Shown: one piece after another, positions 38,538 through 48,449 of the stretch | How positions within the stretch are numbered: the first letter of the stretch is position 1 | Layout of the letters: each line of letters starts with the position of its first letter | Assembly: GCA_947631475.1 (NCBI GenBank) | Contig: CANRLI010000001.1 | Coordinates: forward strand, 1-57,696 | Length of the DNA stretch: 57,696 nt | Direction of reading: 5' to 3' | Source: an uncultured Bacilli bacterium | Lineage (GTDB): Bacteria; Bacillota_I; Bacilli_A; RF39; UBA660 | Notes under the pieces: generated by a model | Told to the model about the DNA's origin: nothing | The model's database searches: none | What the model saw: only the letters and a program-made list of their open reading frames with translations | Program-made: the position numbers and the translations under genes

Positions 38538-39098
38538 CTATTCGATTTGCGAATGTTTCTTTTTATATATAATAAGAAAAATTGTAATGCCTATTATAAG
38601 AATTATAATAAGAGGAATGATTAAGAAGAAGATATTAAACATAGAGGGTTGTTTAACAAGCGCTTGATTTTGGGTTAAGCAATCATTAAGATCAGTTTCA
38701 TCTTCGATAGTGGCAACTAAGTTACATATTTGTTCAGCTTTACTATAACTATCTAGGACTTTAGTAATTTGCGAAGCTCTAGAATCATTAAAGCCATAAA
38801 AGTATGTACTTCCAATGATAATTAAAGGGGCTGTGTTACTTTTTATCTTTAATGATGATTTAACTTGATTATATAAATCTTGATTATCAGCAATTTGAAA
38901 ATATTCAACAATAAAACGAGAATTATGATCCTTTTGTTTTTCTAACCATTCTTTAGCTCGTAGGCATTGCTTACAATCCTTTGTTTCAAATACTTCTATT
39001 TTAATTGGTGTTAATTCTGAATTAGAAACAAGAGCTTTAGACGAAACGGGGATACTAAGTAAATAAATTGAAAATATTAAATAAAGTATTTTTTTCAT
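38538..39098 (-). CDS. secreted, membrane-anchored thioredoxin/glutaredoxin-like protein
   Basis: Signal peptide, CKQC (CxxC) in a FETKDCKQCLRAKEWL context, and a C-terminal TM helix. Confidence 0.6.
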   Translation of the reverse strand: MKKILYLIFSIYLLSIPVSSKALVSNSELTPIKIEVFETKDCKQCLRAKEWLEKQKDHNSRFIVEYFQIADNQDLYNQVKSSLKIKSNTAPLIIIGSTYFYGFNDSRASQITKVLDSYSKAEQICNLVATIEDETDLNDCLTQNQALVKQPSMFNIFFLIIPLIIILIIGITIFLIIYKKKHSQIE

Positions 39099-39153
39099 TA
39101 TACATAAACCTTCCTATGAAATATTAAGGTGTGATAATTATATCACACCTTAG

Positions 39154-42100
39154 TTATTTTGTTTTAATAATGGCATCGTTATCTGCACCGTTAGGGTGAG
39201 AAGAAGTTGTTTTGGTGCCCTCAATATATACTATTTCAAATTTATCTTGGGTTAAGCTATAAATATCAAAGGTATAAGCATGAGTAGTTAATTGTTCTTC
39301 ACTAATATCAAGACCTACTCTAAATTTTGGATGTAGTGATTGTTTGACATCAGTTCCAGATAAACTAAATGTAATATTCTCTTTAGCATCTTTGACATTA
39401 ATATATAAACCATAATCACCAGCATGAGCAAAATTAAAGGTATTTTGTTTAACATCAATGGCTGATGAGTTAGTGATATCATTTATAATAATATGCTTTT
39501 TAGTATTAATACCGCCATTAAAGGTGTTACCAACTAAACGAGTATAATTATCGTTATTAGTCAATTTAGTATTATCAATGATACTATCAAAAATGATAAA
39601 TGATTCTAAGTGATCTAAAGCATTAAAGGTACTAAAATAGACAGCATTATTTGGATTTTCTTTGTTGATATAAATAGCACTAGTAAAATCATTTGCCGCT
39701 TCAATAACAGCTTGATATAATCTTAAACCACCATTTTGAGCTTTAATAATATATTTATCTTTTTCAAGAAGAGTTTCGGTAGTATATTGACCAATTATTT
39801 TGATATTATCTAAGATGACGTTACCAGAATTAAGAAGCATAGTTCCTTTAATGGTTCCAACAATAGTCTTACTACCCGTCTTACGACCCGTAATTGTAAC
39901 ATCATGATTGATTTGTAAAGTATCAGTTAAAGTAATTTCGGAATTAACAATAATAGTTTTAATATTGGCATTGTTGATAGCTTCTATAAGTTCTTCTTCA
40001 TTACTTACTTCTTGCGCAGTAGCCTTCATTTTACCTTCTAATTGAGCGACATAATAAGAATCAGCCTTTGGTGCAGGAATCTCACCAACATTAAAGCACG
40101 AACTATCGTTAGTGTTACACCATTGTTTTACTTTATAATCATAATAAGCGTTACTATAAGTAGTTAAATAATCCATATCTATAGGTGGCTCTTTAAGATT
40201 ACTAGTGTCTGTAGCTTTGTGATAACGAATAAAGCGAATAACAGAAGAGGTAATATCACGATTAGCAATATATGTTATTTTATACCATCCAATAGAATGA
40301 TTTGCACTAACATAGTAATGATTATAATTGTAATTTTCTTTGTCACGAAGAAGATCACCTTTGGTAAGATCACTAGTCTGGGTATCTTTAATATCCTCGT
40401 AAGCAACCCTTTCTTGATAAGTAATTGGTCCTGCCCCATTAACAATATTAACTTTAGCATTTGGTTTGTTGGCTAAAACTGCTGGATGGTCATAATCTTC
40501 TTTGGTATCGATTAAATCTGTAGCATTTAACGTAGCACCACTAGCTACCTCGATGCCAGTTATATTTGTAGCAGATACATCAACATTGTTAATATTTAAT
40601 GTTGCATTAGCAGCAACAGTAATAGCTTTAGCAAGTTCATTATTAGCACTAGCAATCGTTAAACTATAAATAGTTATGTTTCCATTTGTAACAGCTAGGG
40701 CTTTATCAGTTACATCATCTGTAAATGTTATAGTATGATTTTGACCTTTAATAATAAGATCTTTATTTAATTCAATAGTTTTATTTACTTCAAAAGAATC
40801 AGTTAATATAATACTATGGGTTTTACCTGAAGTAGAACTTTTAGCTAAAGCCTCTTCTAACTCAGATTGGTTAGATACTTCATCATGATCAGCTATAGCA
40901 AAATCAATAGTTAAGGTTTTAGAGTTAAGATCTTTATACTTATCAACAGGGCTTAGTAAATCCCCTATTTCAACTGTAATTTCATATTTACTTGCAACTA
41001 AAACATCTAGATATTTTTTGTTATTAGCTTGTTCTGATGATATCACTTTATCTATAAAGGAAGTTAATTCAGTAGCAATAGTTTCATTATTAGCTGAAGT
41101 AAATTTAATAGTCTCATTGTTAGCTTTAAATGTTATATCTTTTATTTCACCACTATTTATTAGATAAGCAATAAGATTTGGAACAATGCCAGAAGTAAAT
41201 TCTGATAGATTAATATTTTCTGAAACTAATAGTTCATATAATAATTTATGGTTTTGATTATTGTAAGTAATATTAATCTGATCATCTTGTAAAGCATAGT
41301 AATCAACAAGATCATTTAATAAGGCATCGATATCAACTATCCAATGAGCTTTTAAAGTAATATTATTTAAATCGGTAGTAGCTGTCTTATTATTTTCGAA
41401 AGAAAATAGATTATTTTCTTGATACCAGTTATCAAATTCATGATATAGTTTTTTACTTGAAGGATTAGCTGGTTTTTCGATTGTTTCACCTTCATAATAA
41501 ATTGTAGTTTCAGGATCAACATTTAAACCATAATCATAAGTTATTTTAATTTCATCAAGAGCTTTTAAAGTAGAATAATTAATCTTATATGAAACTTCGT
41601 TATAATTATGAGCTGTTGGACCATCTAAATCAATAGTTATGACAATATTTTCACCACGAGATATAGAATCTTTATCAATGCTAAATAATGCTACTACTTG
41701 ACCATTTATAATATCTGTAGAATTTAATGTATATGAATTTTTTCCATAATTAGAATTTGTTAATTTAATGGTAGCATCTGGTAAATTAAGAGGAATATTT
41801 AAAACTAATGGTAGATAATAACCTGTTTTAAGATCGCTAGGCATTGCAATACTTGTTTGTTGTTTAATTGTACCAGTTAGGGAATATTGATATTCTTGGT
41901 TATTAACAGGACTAATACTTAATTCATTTAAGTCATTATTATAATTTAATTTACTTAAATCTTCATTAGTTAATAAATCATCACTAGTAGCTATTTTAAT
42001 ATCTGATATAAAAGATTGTTCTTGTAAAACTAAAGAAGTCCAATCAATAGTTATATTATATGGGGCATACTTAGAAGCTGAACCGTCTATATCTATTTCT

Positions 42101-43761
42101 ATTGCAAAAGTATTGTTATCATCACTATGAAGGGGTTTTAAAACAGTCATCATATTATTATTGAATGTAGATTTACCCGTTATGATTTTTTCAGCATCTT
42201 CCCCATCAGCTAAAAATTTAACTGTTGTTTGATCGGTAACAGGATCTGTTAGTTTGATAGTAAATGCTAAGTAATGGTTCTTTAAGTGCTCAAATTCGTC
42301 AACATTTTTACTTATTTCAGGGATGTAAGGAATTAAACCTGTAACAGTAGTTTGATGGTTAGTTGTTTTAAAAGAGGTTTGATAATCACTACCCTTTTCC
42401 CATCCGTATTTAGTAGCTAAAGCAGATAGTTGTTCTGAATTAGGTTGTTCAATGCTAAATTTGGAAGGTAGTTCAAATAAGACTGATGAATAATTTATGG
42501 TATAAGTTGTTGGGGTGTAAGCTTTTTTATCGCCATCTAAATCGATTACAATATCAAAGGTGCATTTACTGGAATCTTCATCTTGACATTTATCATTTAG
42601 TTTAAATAAAACTGTTAAATAATCAAGATTATTTAAATCACTCTTGCGGATTGTTTTGGTAGAGTTAGCTCCAGCAGGAATTGTAATAGTTATATCATCT
42701 TTAAAATCGTCTAATTTAATGTTATAAGCAAAATAGTATGCATCTTCCCCTTCAGCTTTAAATACGCCATTATTTGTATGTTGTTCTATTATTTTCCCTT
42801 GTAATGCAAATTCATTATTTGATCCTGGAATTAATTGGTAATCGTCGGTTGGAAGAATATACCCCCATTCATTTAGTGCTAATTCATCGGGATAAGGAAT
42901 ATCTAAACTGATTTGGGCTAAAGAAGCAACAGGGAATGTTACATTAGCCCAATTAATTGTGTATGTTTTTTCATCATAAAGAGTTTCTGGTCCATCTAAA
43001 TCGACATGAATAATAATGTCTTTATTGGAAGAAGTGGTATCTAATTGCCAAACTACAGCAAGACCAGATAAGGCTTTATCTTTAATTTGAAAATCATTGT
43101 AAGAATAAGTTTTAGTGGTAGTACCTTCTATATTGACAGTTGTTTTAGCTGTAGCATTAGGTACTTCAATAATAAAGGAAAAATAATTTCCTGGAGTTTC
43201 ATTAACTGTTTTATTTTCGAAGATTAAACCACTTAAGTTATTATTTTCTAAAACTAAGTCTTCACTATTAGCTTTATTGCCACCACTAAATTTTAAATCA
43301 TCAGAAATAAAGCTATCATAGTCTTCTTTATTTAAGATAACTGAGAAATTGGTTGGTTCAGATAATGGTTGATAGTCAATAAAGCGAATATCTAGTTCAG
43401 TTTGTTCAGTCAAGACGCTAGATCCTACTAAGTTAGTGGAAATTTTCCATACAGGAGCATCATCAATATATTCTTGAACAATGTAGTATATTGTCATTTC
43501 ATCATAAATTGCATCACTTGCGACTTGACCACTAATGTCAGTGACATTAATACTACGTGAAGCTAACATGATGTCTTGGGTTTTTAAAATGTGTTCAGAG
43601 GTAAATGCATATTCTCCAATGATGTATGCATAATAACCATGGTAGTCATTTTCTATCAAAGTTCCTAATTCACGAACGGTCATTTTTTTAGCATTAACAC
43701 TAGTTAAAGAAAAGATAAATAAGAAAATAAATGATACTAGTAATTTATAACTTTTTTTCAT
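39154..43761 (-). CDS. giant surface protein: signal peptide, four novel ~150-190 aa repeat modules, a Listeria-Bacteroides (Flg_new) repeat and two beta-helix-like regions
   Basis: ATG 43761 lies 8 nt after AAGGAG. Module signatures are HVDLDGPETLYDEKTYTINW, VIDLDGDKKAYTPTTYTINY, EIDIDGSASKYAPYNITIDW and TIDLDGPTAHNYNEVSYKINY. YHEFDNWYQENNLFSF...LKAHW is Flg_new-like. EVSNQSELEEALAK...IIKGQNHTITF and EVSNEEELIEAINN...VTITGRK look like pectate-lyase-fold starts. Confidence 0.75.
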   Translation of the reverse strand: MKKSYKLLVSFIFLFIFSLTSVNAKKMTVRELGTLIENDYHGYYAYIIGEYAFTSEHILKTQDIMLASRSINVTDISGQVASDAIYDEMTIYYIVQEYIDDAPVWKISTNLVGSSVLTEQTELDIRFIDYQPLSEPTNFSVILNKEDYDSFISDDLKFSGGNKANSEDLVLENNNLSGLIFENKTVNETPGNYFSFIIEVPNATAKTTVNIEGTTTKTYSYNDFQIKDKALSGLAVVWQLDTTSSNKDIIIHVDLDGPETLYDEKTYTINWANVTFPVASLAQISLDIPYPDELALNEWGYILPTDDYQLIPGSNNEFALQGKIIEQHTNNGVFKAEGEDAYYFAYNIKLDDFKDDITITIPAGANSTKTIRKSDLNNLDYLTVLFKLNDKCQDEDSSKCTFDIVIDLDGDKKAYTPTTYTINYSSVLFELPSKFSIEQPNSEQLSALATKYGWEKGSDYQTSFKTTNHQTTVTGLIPYIPEISKNVDEFEHLKNHYLAFTIKLTDPVTDQTTVKFLADGEDAEKIITGKSTFNNNMMTVLKPLHSDDNNTFAIEIDIDGSASKYAPYNITIDWTSLVLQEQSFISDIKIATSDDLLTNEDLSKLNYNNDLNELSISPVNNQEYQYSLTGTIKQQTSIAMPSDLKTGYYLPLVLNIPLNLPDATIKLTNSNYGKNSYTLNSTDIINGQVVALFSIDKDSISRGENIVITIDLDGPTAHNYNEVSYKINYSTLKALDEIKITYDYGLNVDPETTIYYEGETIEKPANPSSKKLYHEFDNWYQENNLFSFENNKTATTDLNNITLKAHWIVDIDALLNDLVDYYALQDDQINITYNNQNHKLLYELLVSENINLSEFTSGIVPNLIAYLINSGEIKDITFKANNETIKFTSANNETIATELTSFIDKVISSEQANNKKYLDVLVASKYEITVEIGDLLSPVDKYKDLNSKTLTIDFAIADHDEVSNQSELEEALAKSSTSGKTHSIILTDSFEVNKTIELNKDLIIKGQNHTITFTDDVTDKALAVTNGNITIYSLTIASANNELAKAITVAANATLNINNVDVSATNITGIEVASGATLNATDLIDTKEDYDHPAVLANKPNAKVNIVNGAGPITYQERVAYEDIKDTQTSDLTKGDLLRDKENYNYNHYYVSANHSIGWYKITYIANRDITSSVIRFIRYHKATDTSNLKEPPIDMDYLTTYSNAYYDYKVKQWCNTNDSSCFNVGEIPAPKADSYYVAQLEGKMKATAQEVSNEEELIEAINNANIKTIIVNSEITLTDTLQINHDVTITGRKTGSKTIVGTIKGTMLLNSGNVILDNIKIIGQYTTETLLEKDKYIIKAQNGGLRLYQAVIEAANDFTSAIYINKENPNNAVYFSTFNALDHLESFIIFDSIIDNTKLTNNDNYTRLVGNTFNGGINTKKHIIINDITNSSAIDVKQNTFNFAHAGDYGLYINVKDAKENITFSLSGTDVKQSLHPKFRVGLDISEEQLTTHAYTFDIYSLTQDKFEIVYIEGTKTTSSHPNGADNDAIIKTK

Positions 43762-43781
43762 AATCATTGCTCCTTTCATTT

Positions 43782-45119
43782 TTACTCAATATTTCTTCTA
43801 CTGTATACAACATTAGCTGTTACATAGGTATTAGCATCAAGATATACTCGTAAAGTTTTAACTGAGCCATTGCCTGTTAAAGCGTTTGAAACAGTTTTAT
43901 TAGTTGGTAAAACACGTGTATTCCCAAAGAGGATATAGGCATAATCGGTAAGAGCTTGACCATCTTTGGAAACTGCTATTTCATATTGATCGGTAGCACC
44001 TGTTGCTTGAACTAACGCCGTTAAGGTAACTGTGTAATTAACAGGTTTAGCTTTAACTATAATATCTTTAGAGGCAGTTTTACCACCATCTTCCGTTGTG
44101 ACAGTAATGGTAACATGTCCTTCTTTAAGACCAGACACTCTACCATTGGCATCAACTGTCGCAGTGGAGTTATCACTACTAGACCAGCTTAAATTTTTAT
44201 TATCAGCGTTAGATGGAGTTATCGTCGCCGTTAAGGTTATTTGATTACCAGCTACCACTTCGCTTGGGCCATCAATTGTTACGTCAGTTACTAAAATTGC
44301 TTTTTTAATCGTAACTTTAATTACTTTAGTAGCTTTGATATTACCATCGTTAGTAATAGCTGTTATTGTAACAGTTCCTTCTTTTTGACCTTTAACGTTA
44401 CCATTGGCATCAACTGTTGCAATACTAGTATCACTACTTTGCCATGTAACAGTTTGATTAGTGGCATTAGTTGGTTTGATATTAGCTTTTAATTTAATCG
44501 TGCTACCAACATTGACACTGGAAGAACCACTTATGGAGATTTCTTCAACTTTAACAATTGTTTTAGTAATAATGATTTTAATATTTACAGTGTATTTATC
44601 ATCGGCTGTTTTAACCGTAACATTTGCTACTCCTTCTTTTAAGCTTTTAACGTTACCTTCTTGATCAACAGTAACAATTGTTTCATCATCTGAAGACCAA
44701 AGCAAATCTGAAATATTAACATTTTTAGGAACAGCAGTTACTTTAATCTGAGCAGTTTCATTAGGACCCATTGTTAGCGCTTGTGGGTCAACAACGATAT
44801 TATCAACCTCGCCATCTTCTTTCCAACGGGCTTCTAAAATCATGTTATTAGTAATTTTTGTCGTAAAATCAAATTCTTGATCATTATAAAACCAACCAGC
44901 AAAAACATAACCTTCCCGAGTTGGATCGTCTGGTTTTCTTAACGTATCGTTTTCATTAACGTTGATAGTTTCGTAACCATCGCCATTATTGTAATCAAAA
45001 GTAACATCATACTTAATAGAATCACAACTACCAACCATTAACAAGACGATAACAATAATAATTAAAACCCCAATGATTGCTTTAAGAAGCATCTCTTTTT
45101 CATTTTTAGTATCTTCCAT
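43782..45119 (-). CDS. surface protein with a Flg_new repeat and three Big_2 (bacterial Ig-like) domains
   Basis: ATG 45119 lies 6 nt after AAGGAG. N-terminal TM anchor. REGYVFAGWFYNDQEFDF...LEARW. Three repeats of type TWQSSDTSIATVDANGNVKGQKEGTVTITA. Confidence 0.8.
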   Translation of the reverse strand: MEDTKNEKEMLLKAIIGVLIIIVIVLLMVGSCDSIKYDVTFDYNNGDGYETINVNENDTLRKPDDPTREGYVFAGWFYNDQEFDFTTKITNNMILEARWKEDGEVDNIVVDPQALTMGPNETAQIKVTAVPKNVNISDLLWSSDDETIVTVDQEGNVKSLKEGVANVTVKTADDKYTVNIKIIITKTIVKVEEISISGSSSVNVGSTIKLKANIKPTNATNQTVTWQSSDTSIATVDANGNVKGQKEGTVTITAITNDGNIKATKVIKVTIKKAILVTDVTIDGPSEVVAGNQITLTATITPSNADNKNLSWSSSDNSTATVDANGRVSGLKEGHVTITVTTEDGGKTASKDIIVKAKPVNYTVTLTALVQATGATDQYEIAVSKDGQALTDYAYILFGNTRVLPTNKTVSNALTGNGSVKTLRVYLDANTYVTANVVYSRRNIE

Positions 45120-45313
45120 ATAAATCTCCTTCATTAAAATCATAGACAAATATACTTATATTTTGACCAAGAGTTAGTTTTTTTGTTTTTTTGTAAAACT
45201 ATTTGTCAACTAAAATGCAGACTTTACACATGTATAACATTAAACTCGATCAATAACATATACACTACTTCTATAACATAAATATATCAAATAAAAATTA
45301 GCTAGTCAACGAA

Positions 45314-45349
45314 CTAAAAAAAGACATTATTTTTTTCGAAAATAATGTC
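45314..45349 (-). terminator. rho-independent terminator after the trmB paralogue
   Basis: Perfect 11-bp stem GACATTATTTT / AAAATAATGTC with a 5-nt loop, followed on the minus strand by TTTTTTT. Confidence 0.8.
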
Positions 45350-45364
45350 AATTTGTTGTCAATA

Positions 45365-46003
45365 TTAATTTTTAAAGTAGGCATCAACATAGTAGATGGG
45401 ACGGCCTTCTTCGTAATATTTTTTTTCAAAATCAGTCATAATATTAGGAATTGGATTTTCATCATGATGTAAGTCTAAACTAAGGCGATTAAAAACATAC
45501 CAATATTGCGATAATGATTGTAAAGAATATGCAAAGAAGCCTTTATTATCTGTTTTTAAAATAATGTGTTTATCTTTTTTAAAAATCTTATCATATATTC
45601 GGAGATAGTTTTCATGAGTAAAGCGCTTTTTCTCATCAATTCTTTTAGGCCATGGATCACAGAAAGTTAAATAAATAGTATCAATTTCTTTACCAAAAAT
45701 ATTAGCGATTTCATGAGCATCAATATTAATTAACTTTAAATTAGGTAGTTTTTGATTATTTAGGCGATTAACTGCCATAACCATTTGTGAGTCGATTACT
45801 TCTAAACCAATAAAGTTAATTTTGGGATAAGTTTTAGCCATGTTAATTATAAAGTCACCTCGTCCCATTCCTAATTCTAAATGAATGGGATTTTTATTAC
45901 CGAATAAATCAGCCCATTTATTTTTATAACTGGTAGGATTATTTATAACATAAGGAGATCTACCAACGATTTTAGCAGCATCTTTTATTACTTTATATTC
46001 CAT
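45365..46003 (-). CDS. second, divergent TrmB-like SAM-dependent methyltransferase
   Basis: HLELGMGRGDFI and TFCDPWPKRIDEKKRF align with the trmB copy at 13398-14030, but the basic RHxKRR patch is altered. It has its own extended -10 (TGTTATAAT, 46025-33) and its own terminator. Confidence 0.75.
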   Translation of the reverse strand: MEYKVIKDAAKIVGRSPYVINNPTSYKNKWADLFGNKNPIHLELGMGRGDFIINMAKTYPKINFIGLEVIDSQMVMAVNRLNNQKLPNLKLINIDAHEIANIFGKEIDTIYLTFCDPWPKRIDEKKRFTHENYLRIYDKIFKKDKHIILKTDNKGFFAYSLQSLSQYWYVFNRLSLDLHHDENPIPNIMTDFEKKYYEEGRPIYYVDAYFKN

Positions 46004-46167
46004 AAGGTCACTTCCTTGTTTCTAATTATAACATATTGGCTGATTATTTTCACTTGCAGGATAAATGATTTGTTTAAATGCTTTTAAACACTTGTCTTTG
46101 CAAGGTACTAAATAGGTAGGCAACCAAGGATATTAATAGGAAGTTTACTATTAATTTTTAAAATATA

Positions 46168-47721
46168 TTAATGATTAGAAATAGTAAGAGGAATTAAAGT
46201 ATTGACCCATTTATTTAAAATTGTTTGAACTTTTTTATTAGGTAGTTTGTTATATTTTAAACGGGCTTGCACAAGCGTATTGTTTTTGATTTCAATAGTA
46301 ACATAAGATTTGTTTAAATTTTTTTTCTGACGCATAAAGTAGACTTGGCATTCAAAGTTAGCTATTTTGGGAATATAAGTACGAACACAATTTTTTTGCT
46401 GATGGCTTTCATCTACTAAAGAAGCAATTGACGAAGCAGGATAAATGACATATGTATCATCTTCGTATTTATTAATAGCTAAGATATCTGCCAAAGAATG
46501 TATCTTAGCGTCAATAACAGGATCATAAATAACTTGTATTTGATCATATAAATTATTGTGCACTACAAATAAATCTTTTGGATATAAAACCTGTTTATCA
46601 TTTAAGTCTAAGTGAACCGTTTGAGCTAAATTAAGATAATCTAAGTATTCAGATAAGTAATAATAATTGTCGGCATTACATAGATAAGTTCTTAGTGCAT
46701 TTAAATCGATATGATAATTATTTACTAGTTCTATTATCTCCGTGGAATAGACGTTTAACCAACTACTAAAATATTTAATAGTTTCTAAGGTGGCTAAAGG
46801 ATATAATTTTAAAATGAAATATTCAGAAAAAGAAAGATTGTTCTCTACCATAAAAGTTAAATACTTTTTATCAAGCCCAAAAATATCTTTAAAGTTTGAA
46901 CCTTTAGTAAACACATAGGGAGTTTTTAAGGCCAAATTATAAAGTTTATAATTAACTAGGTATTCAAATTGAGGATAATAAAGAGGATAAAAAGTTAATT
47001 GCGCAATAGTATAAGTTTGATATGTATTTAAAGTAGAAATAGTTTGCCATATTCGGCTATATTGATAGATTGTATTTTTAAGTTTATTTAAATTTTCTAA
47101 ATAAAGATAAGCTGGTTTTTCTTCATAAAGAAGTTGATCATAAAGATTGGTTGTAATAAATGTTTCATTAAATAAACTATTTTGGTTAAGATTATTTTTT
47201 TGATATTTAGCTAACTCAATAAAAGGTACATATAAATTAGCTTCTAAATCAGTAAGACCATCTTTTTCAATTAAATATGAATTATTAATAAAAATATGAC
47301 TATGTTTTTGATAAGTACTTAATTGAATTTCTTCATAATATATTTCTTCTGTTAAATAGTATAAGTATGTATTTTCATTATCAACATTAAAAACTAGGTA
47401 ATGACAAGAATGATTAAAATGACTAAGATTAGCCAAAAAATGAGAATTATCTATACAAAAGACATCCCTATTATCATATAAATAAGTTCCTTGATATGAT
47501 TTATATTGTTTATGGCATTTGGGACAAAAGTTCTTTTGGTTCAAGGGAGTTAAGCACTTACCGCAATAAAAAATATCTTCTAAATCATTATAAATGAGTA
47601 CGTTATCCGAAGTTTCTTCAATAAAGTCGATAACTAAAGATGGCAAATCATCTTGGTGATGCCAGTAAGGAATGTCACGCACTGTTTGCAAATAATTTTC
47701 GTCCCATTTTAATTGAAACAT
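46168..47721 (-). CDS. PcfJ-like domain protein with N-terminal zinc ribbon
   Basis: CGKC...CPKC zinc ribbon. The C-terminal LVDESHQQKNCVRTYIPKIANFECQVYFMRQ...YVTIEIKNNTLVQARLKYN resembles the PcfJ (pCF10 plasmid) domain pattern. AAGGAG SD. Confidence 0.5.
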   Translation of the reverse strand: MFQLKWDENYLQTVRDIPYWHHQDDLPSLVIDFIEETSDNVLIYNDLEDIFYCGKCLTPLNQKNFCPKCHKQYKSYQGTYLYDNRDVFCIDNSHFLANLSHFNHSCHYLVFNVDNENTYLYYLTEEIYYEEIQLSTYQKHSHIFINNSYLIEKDGLTDLEANLYVPFIELAKYQKNNLNQNSLFNETFITTNLYDQLLYEEKPAYLYLENLNKLKNTIYQYSRIWQTISTLNTYQTYTIAQLTFYPLYYPQFEYLVNYKLYNLALKTPYVFTKGSNFKDIFGLDKKYLTFMVENNLSFSEYFILKLYPLATLETIKYFSSWLNVYSTEIIELVNNYHIDLNALRTYLCNADNYYYLSEYLDYLNLAQTVHLDLNDKQVLYPKDLFVVHNNLYDQIQVIYDPVIDAKIHSLADILAINKYEDDTYVIYPASSIASLVDESHQQKNCVRTYIPKIANFECQVYFMRQKKNLNKSYVTIEIKNNTLVQARLKYNKLPNKKVQTILNKWVNTLIPLTISNH

Positions 47722-47830
47722 AGGACCACTCCTTTAAAAAATATTATCTTTTGATATTAATAGTAAGCAATAATTAACATATAATTTGCTTGTTAATAAA
47801 ATTATAAAATATTTACTTAAAAGATTAAAG

Positions 47831-48343
<513 letters not shown>

Positions 48344-48395
48344 TTTATCACCTATTTATATTATACTATTTTTTAAACAAATACATAAATAAAAT

Positions 48396-48414
48396 AGAAG
48401 CCTTTAAGGCCTCT
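48396..48414 (-). terminator. weak terminator hairpin after the DUF262/DUF1524 gene
   Basis: Minus strand reads AGAGGCC-TTAAA-GGCTTCT (7 bp including one G-U) followed by ATTTTATTT. Confidence 0.4.
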
Positions 48415-48449
48415 ATAATAAGTATGTAAATTTATAAGAATCTTAACTA

